Assembly (NCBI GenBank): GCA_004022145.1
Contig: RCNU01000001.1
Source: Paecilomyces variotii
Taxonomy: Eukaryota
Direction: 5' to 3' (one strand)
Length of the DNA: 64,000 bases
Shown here: positions 52,901 to 64,000 of the stretch, in pieces
How the letters are laid out: every line of letters starts with the position of its first letter
Position numbering within the stretch: position 1 is the first letter of the stretch
Notes under the pieces: model-generated
Seen by the model: the letters and a program-made list of their open reading frames with translations, nothing else
Databases searched by the model: none
What the model was told of the DNA's origin: nothing
Position numbers and translations under genes: made by a program

Positions 52901-55900
52901 CGAAATGCCCACCCCCAACACACCCGTTACAGAGCCAGATCATACGGAAACCGCCAGGCAGGGAATAGAGTTCGGTGAGAAGGAACGCGAGGAACCGAAA
53001 CAAGGTGAACAAGGATCCATACCTGGTGAAGATGAAGGGACATATTCGGTGACCTCCACGAAAAAAAGTAAAAAAGAAAAGAAGAAGAAGAAGCGGGAAT
53101 CTGCCTCCCTACCGGATGAACCTTCAACTGCTGCAGATGCGTCGTTTGATGCAGAAAATGTAGAGCAGTCTGCACTGGAAGTGATCTATACAGGAGACGT
53201 GGAGCCATCAGAAACCGTTCCTGAAGATCAGCCTGCCACCGGGGTAGATGATACCGGAATTCTGGAGCCTTCGAACCCGGAGCAGCCGCCGACCGCTGCT
53301 GCTGAGGACCTTTGGCCGTCACCAACGTCACAGAAGAAAAAGGGAAAAAAGGACAAGAGAAACAAGAAAAAGCAGGAGACAGTTGAACTGCAGGATGACA
53401 ATGTCTATTCTCGAGCGGAGACAGCAGAGCAAATACCAGCAGAGGCCCCCGAGGCCCCTTTTACTCCCGAAGATGTGACTGCGACAGACAAGGAAGCAGG
53501 AGTAGCCGCTGAAGAAATACCTGCGGAGCCTTCAAAGGAAGCTGAACCTGAGCAGGCTGTGCCGGCAGACAAAGAGGAACCGCCACCAGAATCGCAACAA
53601 CTAGAGCCAACGGGGACCGAGGTGATTGCCGAAAACGAAACGGAAATTCCATCACCTGCTCAAGTTGCAGAATTCGAATCCAAGCAGAATGACATGGTCG
53701 AGGTCGAAGATCAGGCAGCTTCAGTACCGGCAGAGGGCGCGATCGACTCTGCGGAACAACCAGCTGGATCACATTCGGCAGAACCTGTATCCGACGATGT
53801 CAAGGAAACGATGGAAGCACAACCTGAAGAGACGTGGGCTATTCCGTCAAAGAAAAAGAAGAAAGACAAGAAGAAAAAGGCCTCCTTGAGGGACGAGCCT
53901 ACCGCCGCTGCACCTGAGACTGAGGAGCAACATTCTTTGACTGATGCTGCCACGCCTACCACAATTGAACCTGGTCACGACTCTACTGTGGAAAATGTTG
54001 AGGGCCAACAAGCCACCGAAAAGATGCCAGAAGAGCCAGGTGAAGACTTCTGGGCAGTGTCTACCAAGAAAGGGAAGAAGAAGGGTAAGAGAGGCAAGTC
54101 CAGCAAAGATATGTCGACTACTCTGCCACTGGAAACTGCAGAGCCAAAGGAGGAATTAGTACACCCGGTTGATGAAGGTCTCGCCACACCTCTTGATAAT
54201 GTACAAACTGGCGAAGACCTTGCCGTCCCTCCTGCCGCCGAGGAAGGAATCAGTGTCCTACCCGATGATATCTCTATAGCACCAGAACCAGTCCAACCTT
54301 CGATTTCCCTTGACCCATTCGATGTCCCGTCGGACGCGGAGAACACTGCTGAGAACTCAACGGCCAATGGTGCCAACGATGCCAACGAACTGGCTGATTT
54401 GGGTCTCGATCCGCCGGCAGATGAGGCACTTCGCAAAGCGCAGGAAGAGTCCGAAGATAGACTACGTCGACAAGCTCTGGAGCAGGACTCAGATCTCACA
54501 CTTGCAGAGGATCTGTTTGGTGATCGTCCAAAGGAGATAGCCCCTGAAAGTCCGTCAACGAAGAAGTCCAAGGGAAAAAAGAAGTCGTTGCAGAGAGCTA
54601 TCCCTGACGAAAACGAGGATATACCAGAGCCTGCTACAGATACAATGGGACTGACAGCTGAAGAACAGGAGTCAGAGGGAGGATTACAAGAAGAGCCTTC
54701 AGCCCTAGAGAAGTCTCGATATGATGAAATGCTACTGAACCGCAGTTCGTCGAAGAAGAAGAACAAAAAGAAGCGCAAGGACACCATCAGTTTGGAACCC
54801 GAAGAGCTAAAGAGCAAGGATACTGTAAAAGAGGTCCAAAGCGAGGCGGAAACTGAGAAGTCGACTCTTGTTCAGAAGCAAGATACCGCGCCGACAGGTG
54901 AGCTAGACCCTTATTCAAACGATGATTCCTGGCCTCCAATTGAATGGGACGAAGACACCATGGATGCCGTCAACCAGAATCTGGAGGAACAGGCTGAAAC
55001 CGAAGAACCTCCGGAGGAATTTCCCATTGTATTTGTTGACCATGGTCCAGGCGTCATCGGTGATTTTGCAGATACCCCACGGATCGAGGAACTACGCGAA
55101 GAAACTAAGCAGCTGGAGGAGCCCTCCGGCGAGGATATCTGGGCTGCACCCTTGAGCAAGAAGGATAAGAAGAAGAACAAGAAGAAGAAGGAGGCCCAGG
55201 AGAAGGCTGTAGCTGGTGAATATCAGGATGAGGAGCTTGCAGCTCCGGAACAGCCGCTTCCTACGCCAGAACCTGCAGTCGTTGAACCGCGTATCTCTGA
55301 AGCGCCAGCCCCCGTAGTAGCCTGTGAAGCTGAGGATCCAGACGAGTCCTGGTCCACGACTCTGAAGAAAGGAAAGAAGGGAAAGAAGAGTGAACGACGG
55401 AGCCAATATCCGCCGGAGGAGCAGCCTGCCGACGTGGAGGAAAAGGCCTCGGAGAAGGTAAAGGATGAAGCAGACGAGAACAGAAAAGATGAGGAGAAGC
55501 AAACCGAGGAGAAGGCAGAAGTGAAGGACACGGAAGAGAAGACTGCTGATGAAGTGGAAACCAAAGAGAGTTCCCCGAACATGGAAGAGGTCGCGTCAGT
55601 GCCAGCTCCAGAGCCTACGCCCATTATTTCCATCGACGAAAAGCCACGGGAAATATCTTTACCCCCGAAGACGAGCAAGATTGCCAGTATCTTCCCAAAT
55701 CTAGAACGGGCGTCCTTCAAACGGCCGGTGCCACGCCCGTCATCAGAAAAACTTACCGAATCCAAGGAGTGGTGGAAGCACCCAAAAGAGGTGGCTGAGG
55801 ACGAGACCATTGGTACAGATGCGAGTCGCGCCAGCGCGATCCAGGTCTCTGAAGCACCTCTCGCGGAAGATGCACAGTCCCTCCGGGACAGCGGCCATGC

Positions 55901-58346
55901 GGCCACAGAGCAGCGGACGGGGAATTCGGCCCACTGGCAGGATGAGAAAGGGGAGCCTGATCTCTCGACGGCAGGCAAAAAGATGCACCGTAAAACACCG
56001 CCCGTGGAGGCAAGCTCGCAAGATCGTCCATCGTAAGCATCTCTTGAATCCTCTTCGACGCGAGCTGACCTGGAGAATAGCACACCGAAGCAGAGCGGCG
56101 GGCTCCATCGTACGACGTCCATCCACGGTCACCATCACCATGACGGGCATCCGCTGCCATGGTCATTGGACCAAGAGAAGAGTGACGCACCGCGCTCTCT
56201 GTTTGGCGGTCCCGTGGGAATCAATAGCGACGTCGTGACTCCGCCCCGGACGCCGCTGGGGACGATCCGCGAGCACGATGAAGAAGCTCCACGACGAACC
56301 GCCGGGGGAAGCGGGACGCCGAAGCTGTCCATGGGACCGGAACATCGTCTGCCTCCACCGGCAACGCCCTCTATCACAGACGATGCGCTGTCCACCGATG
56401 ACCAGCTTAACCGACCGCGCAGCCGAGCCCCCGCGCAGCAGCTAAATACGCCGGAGCAGAGAGCGCCCGTCGTGCGACCCAGCAGCGTGGGCAGCATAGG
56501 CAGTATAGGCAGTATCAACAGCAGACGATCGACCGGGACGCCGCCATTGCGCCGGGTCAGCCGTAATCTTAGCGGCGATCTGCGCGCAGCCAGTCGGCTG
56601 GAGGAGGAGAAGGAAAAGGAAAAGGAGGAGGCGGGGAGGCGCAGTAGCGACTATAGTCGGGCGGCCGAAGACGAACTGGTCAATCTCCCCTCGTCTTCCA
56701 CCTACGACCCCGTCACCGACAAGGGCAAGCGCCCGGTGCGAGTCATGGCCGATGTCTATGTAAGTGATGGTTTTATCTATTATTATTTTCATTGTTAGTA
56801 TTGATTCATTGCTTTTATCTTCGTACTGACGCTCTTCCCCACACAGGAGGGATGGGGTGAGACCCCCAGCTCGCCCCGGTCGCCCAACCGACCTCCCAGC
56901 GTCCGGCGCCGTCGCAGCATGCAATATCTACAAGAGCTCGAGACTCGCCTCGACCAGTTAATTTCCGAAAACCGTCTGCTCGCCGCCGCCCGCGATGAAG
57001 CCGAAAACAAGATCCGCACCCTTCGCAGTGCACGCCGCAAGAGTGACAACGCGCTCAACCGCAGCGATGCCGATCTCCGCGACAAGGAAGCAGAAATCAC
57101 CCAGCTGAAGAACTCGCTGGACTGGATGCAGAAGGAGGTCGCTCGCCTGACCGAAGAGAATGAAGGCCTCACGGCGACCAACGCCGGCCTCGAGGCCGCA
57201 CACCACCAAGAGCTCAAGGAAGCCCGTGAGGCTTCCTCCCGCGAGCTAGAAGAGCTGCGGTCGCAGCACCAGCAGTTATCTACGGGGATGGAGGATATCG
57301 TGCGACACGAAATCGAATCCGCACTGGCTCAAAAGAACGAAGAACTGCGCCTCCTGCGGACAGAGCTGGCGGCCACGCGCGACAAGGTGCAGGAGCTGCA
57401 GCTCCAAATCACTGCATCACTCCCGGAGGACGATGTGATCGTGTCGCGCGACGAGGACTATTTCGATGCCGCCTGCCAGAAACTGTGCCAGCATGTCCAG
57501 CAGTGGGTGCTGCGCTTCTCCAAGCACTCCGATCTACGACGATGCCGCCTGCTCAGTGAGATCAACGATGAGAAGATCGCCGATCGGTTCGACAATGCCA
57601 TCCTGGACGGATCGGACGTGGACAGCTACCTGGCCGATCGAGTGCGACGGCGCGATGTGTTCATGTCGGTGGTGATGACAATGGTGTGGGAATACATCTT
57701 CACGCGGTACCTCTTTGGCATGGACCGCGAACAGCGTCAGAAACTGAAGACGCTCGAGAAGCAGCTGGCGGAAGTAGGATCGCGCTGCGCGGTGTCTCGC
57801 TGGCGTGCGACGACACTGACTCTATTGGCGCGCCGGCCGGCCTTTGCCCGTCAGCGGCTTAACGACACCGAGGCAGTGGCCCTAGAGATCTTTGGCACAT
57901 TATCGCGCCTGCTGCCACCGCCGTCTGCAGTCGAGGGGACGTTGCTGGACTCCCTGCGCAACGTGCTGCGTGTGGCCGCGGACCTGTCGATCGAGATGCG
58001 GACGCAACGTGCTGAATACGTGATGCTGCCACCACTGCAGCCCGAGTTCGACGCCAACGGCGACCTGGCGCGGCAAGTATACTTTAACGCCTCGCTGATG
58101 AACGAGCGCAGCGGCCAGACGACGTCGAACGAGGAACTGGAGGCGCAACAAGCAGTGGTGCGGCTGGTGCTGTTCCCGCTCGTGGTGAAGAAAGGCAACG
58201 ACCTGGGCGAAGGGGACGAGGAGATCGTGGTATGCCCAGCGCAGGTGCTGGTGGCTCGTCCATCCACGGAGAAGAAGGTCGTGCGCGTGTTGAGCGGCGA
58301 CCGAATGTCTATCGATGCTCCTTCAGCCATGAGTAACATGATCTAG
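40920..58346 (+). CDS. lah: Leashin, the Woronin-body tether (often annotated involucrin-repeat protein); ~5725 aa if the frame break near 50260 is bridged
   Basis: Exons 40920-46514, 46628-56032 (frame break near 50260), 56081-56759 and 56847-58346. N-terminal block FVDFWRDPEGVGMYEDYTEAIGVCKYCFEPG. Huge E/A/P/T-rich disordered middle with Lys tracts. C-terminal coiled coil plus RDEDYFDAACQKLCQHVQQWVLRFSK..FGMDREQRQKLK..VRLVLFPLVVKKG. Size and architecture match the leashin family. Confidence 0.88.
49298..49543 (+). repeat. Coding 12-nt minisatellite (QPQE)n in leashin with a higher-order 60-nt duplication
   Basis: 49331-49390 is identical to 49391-49450. Seven perfect GAACAGCCTCAA units follow at 49451-49534. 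Confidence 0.97.
51013..51117 (+). repeat. Coding 15-nt minisatellite (TTEGP/TAEGP)x7 in leashin
   Basis: CAACC(G/A)CTGAAGGAC repeated seven times, with the last unit degenerate. Confidence 0.97.
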
Positions 58347-58650
58347 GTAGTGACTGTGAAGAGGTCCATCTCCAGCCAGAACCCTCGAGGCGTCACACTC
58401 GTCGGGTTATGCCTGCGGAGAGGACTATCACGTCGCAGCTCTTGGTTGTCTGTTGATATCTAATTTTCTTGTTTCCTTGTTAGATGTTTTCATTTTTTCG
58501 GTTGATATGCCACATCTGGCACATGGATTGGTCGTCCCTCTCGCCTTGATCGAGATGCGGACGTGGGACAAAAGGAGACCCGCTGCTTTATTGGTTCATT
58601 AACGGTTAATCTTGGTTTCGTTTCTTTCTTGTGTGTACCTCATGTTCTGT

Positions 58651-58679
58651 GATGAGATGAGATGAGATGAGATGCGATG
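58651..58679 (+). repeat. (GATGA)n pentanucleotide repeat downstream of leashin
   Basis: gatgagatgagatgagatgagatgcgatg. Confidence 0.85.
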
Positions 58680-59184
58680 TCATGCCTGTATGTATGTACT
58701 TCTACCATGATGATAATGAATGATGACCTTATTCCATCTTCGACTGTCGAGGTTGCAGATACGACCAGAATAATAATAGTCTATCTACTGTGTATTTATG
58801 TATTATTTATTATCATATAGTTGGTTCTGCAGTCTGGGCCTGAAAGCGTCGATCCGTGGGTCGCCCTTCCAGCTTATGACTTCATCCGACGACCTTCTCT
58901 CCTCCTCTCTTTTTCACCACAACTCGTTCCATCTGGTCTTCAGGTTGTTTTTCTTGTCGACTTATCTAGTGAACTTATATCCATCGTCCATGCCAGCCTC
59001 TATCCGTCTTCTATGGCCAATGAGTCTTATTGATTGCTGCCTCTCTCTGGCCTCTTCCTATGATGCTCTGGCTGGCCTGAAGAGCAACTCCCCGCCATCG
59101 TACTCTAGACATGAATCAATAGGAACCCTTGATCTACGAAACTAGACACAGACGATTTTCTTCTAGCTCGCCCTCTTCTCCGCC

Positions 59185-62042
59185 ATGGACGACCCCCATC
59201 TAACCGCCTCCACTGGTGGCAGCTCTGGCGCTGTCGCCCGATCGCCCATTGACGACGCTCCAGCCACTTCATCCTCGACCCGCCCGGATGCCGGCGAGAG
59301 CAATCCGGCCAAAAAGAAGAAACACAGGAACCGCCCGCGGCGACGGCGCAATCGTCGCCAGTCTTTCCTGACTGCTGAGGACATCAATCCGTCTGGAGGG
59401 ACGACGAATAACGCTGGAGGTGCCCCGACGACTGCATCAACTGCCGCTGCTGGTTCTCTTGGCTCTGCGACGGGGACAGCCACCGCGAACGGCCGGTCGC
59501 GGCTCTATCATCTGGGCCAGCGATCGAATCTCAGCGGGACCAGTTTAGACAGCGAGGCCTTGCTAGATCATCGGTACGTCGGTTGGTTCACCGCTGTTTG
59601 TGAACAGAAAAGAGATCACCTTGCCCCCCCAGTCCGCTTGGCGTCATGGGTTGGCTGACCTGGGCTATCTGCTATCTATATCTAGGGACCAACCGATGAT
59701 GCGCCCACGCAGAGAGAGCCGTCTCGCGACTCAGTCCGCCCGCCCAGACTCATGGAAGAATCCCTTTCTATCTGCGGACACTCCTCGTCGCTCGCAACGG
59801 TCGGGCCAGAGATACCATGCTACTGTGGTTTCTGATGACGAGAGTGATGATGGCCAACAGGTTGTTGACGACCGCACACCATTGATCGGGCCGTCGTCGA
59901 CGCACACCGCGAGTTTTGGGCGATATGGGACGGATCAATACCGACCAGTCTCGCGGTCAACGGTGTCCAGTCGTCGCTCTGGTCGCAGCCCCGGGGCAGA
60001 CCGTGATTATGATGTTAATAATCCGCCCTCCATCCCGGGCAGCCCCAAGCTCGGGCCCGAGATGGGCTACGACGATGCGTTGACCACGGGTGTAGACTTT
60101 GACTTTGGCAGCGCAAGATCACAGGAAGGACGAAAGGATTCCGGCAGCCGTGATGCTGTCATCAACGTGGATGGCGAAGCCCGATCGAAGAAGTCCACGG
60201 ACTCTTCGCCTCCTTCCCCAAAGCAGCCCCCGCCAGATGTCCTGCGGCGACGCCGGACAATCACCTTGCCGGCCGAAGAGGATGTATGCTTTCCGACCGA
60301 AGTCATCTCAGAGCTGGCAGAGGAGGAGTTTGCTCGACGGAGTGGGCGCGCGGAAGGTGAGCGGCGGAGGCGACGGCGGAGAGAGTGGCCCGATCTCGAA
60401 GTACTGGAAGAATGGAGCAGAGAAGAGAAGGAGGAGCGCAGCGGAGACCTTAGAGTGAAGAAGATCAGTGAGCCCGTGCTCGTGGGCGGCCGACTGCGCC
60501 CTCAATATGCGGGATGGCGCCGAGAAGAGGAAGAGATGCCATATCGGTTCACGTACTTCAACGAGGATTTCCCGAGTACGATTCACGCTCAGACGATCTC
60601 TGAACTCGTGCAACCCGGAGGCAGCTTCCGGGAGCTCTTCATCCCAGATCCGCCCTTGCTTGAGGACGATTCATCGTCGGACGAGGAGGACGACGTTTAC
60701 TCTGTTCCTGAGGACGTTCCTGGCAACAACACGGCGACTGGAGGAAGGAGTTCACTAGCCCCGTCAACGAACGGTGCCATCGGGCGAAGAGACAATCGCA
60801 ATCTGTCCGCCATCAGCGAGGCAGCGGTGACTGACTCCAGCACCACGAATAACAATGGTCACAGCAACAATGTATCTTCCGATCAATCGCCCCTGCGTGG
60901 AATGTTATCGCACGACAAACCAAAGCGCTACGGACCGCGGCCAACTTGGTGGTTAGATGTCCTGTGCCCGACGGACGCGGAGATGCGTGTGATTTCCAAA
61001 GCGTTTGGCATCCATGCCCTCACGGCGGAGGACATCATGATGCAGGAGGCCCGCGAGAAGGTCGAGCTGTTCCGCAATTACTACTTCCTCAACTACCGCA
61101 CTTTCGAGCAAGACAGCCATAACGAGAACTACCTCCAACCCGTCAACATGTACATGGTGGTCTTCCGCGACGGCATTTTGACCTTCCACTTCTCCCAGAC
61201 GCCCCATCCGGCCAATGTACGACGTCGAATCCGCCAGCTTCGGGACTATCTGCTCCTCAGCTCTGACTGGATCTCGTATGCATTAATCGACGACATTACG
61301 GATGTCTTCGGGCCATTGATCCAGACGATCGAAGATGAGGTCGACGACATCGATGACACCATCATGCAGATGCATTCGGCCCCTAACAAGGATTCCAAGG
61401 ATAGCAAGAATGACGACAAAGGGTTGAGTGCAATCCCCCCAGGAGACATGTTGCGACGGGTAGGCGAGTGCCGGAAGAAAGTGATGGGCATGTACCGTCT
61501 GCTCAGCAACAAAGCCGATGTTATCAAGGGCTTCGCAAAGCGCTGCAATGAGCAGTGGGAGGTGGCGCCCAAGTCCGAAATTGGTCTGTATCTGGGCGAT
61601 ATTCAGGACCATATCATGACAATGACAAGCAATTTGGCCCACTATGAGACGTGAGCTTTTCCCCCATGCAATGGTCTCATTTAAGCGTTCAATGACTAAC
61701 ACGGCAGCAGGCTGCTGTCCCGTGCCCACTCCAACTACCTCGCCCAGATCAACATCCTCATGAACGAGCGCCAGGAACAGACCGCAGATGTTCTGGGTAA
61801 GCTGACCGTCCTGGGTACGATCGTGCTTCCCATGAATATCATCTGTGGTATGTGGGGAATGAACGTGAAAGTGCCTGGTCAGGATATTGATAACCTCTCC
61901 TGGTTCTGGTCGAGTATGCACCTGTTCTTGACCCTATTTTAAAAGACAGTGGATGAACTAATATCTGATAGTTACGGCCGCTCTGCTCATCTTCGCTTTC
62001 GTCTCGTTCCTTATTGCCAAGCGGGTCTACGGAATTGTATAG
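59185..62042 (+). CDS. CorA-family Mg2+ transporter, Mnr2/Alr1 type (more Mnr2-like)
   Basis: Exons 59185-59573, 59686-61650, 61711-61913 and 61972-62042. Motifs WWLDVLCPTDAEMRVISKAFGIHALTAEDI, EAREKVELFRNYY and LYLGDIQDHI. CorA signature GMN in ICGMWGMNVKVPG, then a second TM helix. YRFTYFNEDFPSTIHAQTISEL resembles my recollection of Mnr2. Confidence 0.92.
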
Positions 62043-62728
62043 ACGGACACCAATGTCCGCTGGATGCTACTTAATCCACAACTAACACCTCAAGCTCTCA
62101 CGAATCCCTTGGTTATACACTGTTCTCGAAAGAGCAGGGATGAATGTGAATATAATGCGCGTGCAGTACATACATATATACCACACCTGAGCCTTCAGAT
62201 TAACGACAACTCTGTGGGTCATTACTGTTTTGTTTAATTCTCGGTATGAATATCCTCGTCACGTCAATAGACCGGTTCTTGGACACCTGCAAAGGTAAGG
62301 CGTTGGCTCGCTTCATTTGCGAAAAGTCAAGATGGACCATGGCGTCAATGTTGGAGCAGATCGATTTATGTTTTCTTTTTTTTAAAGTTTAGATTGGGCT
62401 ATATACTTGGTTAATCTCTGTTATTGGTACTTGACAAGAATAGTTGAGCAATCTCCAATATAACTGTTGTAATCTTTACCTGGTCCGTTATGAATGGATT
62501 ATTTGTTGGATATAGGAGCATGAATGCAACATGTTGTGATTCCAGCATTGATTCGCTGCCAATGTGTGAATAAACTCGGCAGTCAGGGGCAAATCCCAAC
62601 TAGAAGACCCTCGAGTCACTTATCACTATCACTACCCCTTCCCCGCTTTTGGTCCCTCTTAAAGCCTTTGTAATCTTCTCTTCCTCTTCTTCCCTTTGTT
62701 TCGATAAACAGTATCTTCGTTACCCATT

Positions 62729-63666
62729 ATGACAGAATATAGATCTATCATATGTACCATAAATGATTGTCCCATAACATACAGTACTAATATATGAACT
62801 ACATGTTCCGCCCTCAACAGTATGCAAGTTTTTTTTTTACTTCCCCCTAGTCTTTTTAAACATTTATCTATACGTTATCTCTATCTAATACCAATCCTAT
62901 ATGGCTAGTTCATAGGTAGCGGGTAGTATAACCTACCGTATCCGGATTTGGCGAGCATCATATAAATAATCTATAACTTCTATTTACATACTGCGGAAAA
63001 CTTCACATTCTGGGCTATGAACCACGCGTGCCATTCGGTAAGTAGCCATTGCAGCTCTTGTATTTCGCCGTGCTAGCATACTAATTGAAGTATCGTAGGT
63101 GCCATAAAACTTCTTATCGTGATTCCCAATCGCCAATATGCCTTGTCCTGAAGTGATACTGCGATGCCGAAGAGAGCACGGGGGCTGGAGTTTCATGGGC
63201 CCTGAATACGGGAGCTGTGGTGAAGAGTGACCTGAAAAAGGGCCAGACCATAATGTTTAACAACAGACGCTTGATGAAACTGCAAGGGCTTTAGAGGTTC
63301 AAGAACAATCGGAGTATGCTGCTTCGATTACAAGGAAGCAAACGGGAGGATCAAGGGGGAGGGAGGGAGCCCTTTCGGAGAACAGCGATTGGAAAGGCGC
63401 TGCTTGGCCAGGCAAACTGGGACTCTGTGGAATTAATGGCGCAGCTATACTACGTCCTGGTTCAGGATATTGATCACGTCACAAAGCATCTGCAGAGCCA
63501 GAGAAGAAAGCTCTTCGAGCTGGCTGTTTCCAAATACGGGTTGCACACGACATTAGAACGCTCCTGTTACGGAAAGGGGAGAAAAAAAGAGCAAGCGCAA
63601 AGCCCAGGGTCAAATCCAGCACAGGAAATCCAGCAAATTATGAGACAATCCCCGCATACCACATAG
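62729..63666 (+). pseudogene. Possible degraded multi-exon gene relic
   Basis: Two intron-like units (GTATGC ~62820..CATAG ~62915; GTAAGT ~63038..TACTAAT..CGTAG ~63098) separate stop-interrupted coding-like stretches. A 116-codon ORF follows at 63316-63666. The region is TpA-rich. Confidence 0.25.
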
Positions 63667-63695
63667 TACACGGCCTGTCGGCCAGATAAGAACTC

Positions 63696-63715
63696 GGGGG
63701 GGGGGGGGGGGGGGG
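63696..63715 (+). repeat. G20 homopolymer
   Basis: Twenty consecutive G. Confidence 0.9.
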
Positions 63716-64000
63716 CTTATCTTATATCCATATTGTGGGAAGGATATATATGTTTCGTGCTAACCTCCAATATGCATTCTTATCAACTTACAACGAAACA
63801 ATTTTTGTTTTTTTGGCACAAAGACCAGACAGACCTCCAGACGGGTTCTTTTATGTTACTTTGCTCTTCGGTAATAGAGCACAGTACAATTTCGAAGCCT
63901 GTTCCAGCACAGCAGACTCAAATTCCCCTGGCATAGCGCCATAATGTGTCTCTGAGAGAGTGAGTGCATGATCTTACTTAGGGCTGGAAGTGCGGACCAA

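Noticed and set aside
56034..56036. In-frame TAA as stop-codon readthrough
   Set aside because: It is better explained as part of the donor of the canonical 48-nt intron.

Overview
This is eukaryotic, intron-containing DNA from a filamentous ascomycete. Gene content and splice signals (GTRAGT donors, CTRAY branch sites, YAG acceptors) look Eurotiales-like, but the species cannot be determined. Gene order: GCN1 (5' end probably outside the window), RPL19, a Ser/Thr-rich single-TM protein (-), a hypothetical protein, a twice-frameshifted NmrA-like gene (-) divergent from a Zn2Cys6 factor, a ~14.5 kb gene-free region with relics and motif clusters, a 7-exon Zn2Cys6 factor, a ~17.4 kb leashin (Woronin-body tether) gene, a CorA/Mnr2-type Mg2+ transporter, and a degraded AT-rich tail. 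Top leads: (1) a frame break near 50260 and a stop-containing 48-nt intron in leashin, either of which could separate its Woronin-body-binding end from its septal-anchoring end; (2) ~19 aromatic-plus-Lys modules in the acidic leashin linker; (3) six ATGGAGTA copies in 1.1 kb of the gene desert; (4) twin CGG-N5-CCG sites in the NmrA/Zn2Cys6 bidirectional promoter. I found no CRISPR, rRNA, tRNA or intact transposon. No wholly new system can be demonstrated from sequence alone. All product calls come from motif recognition, not database searches.
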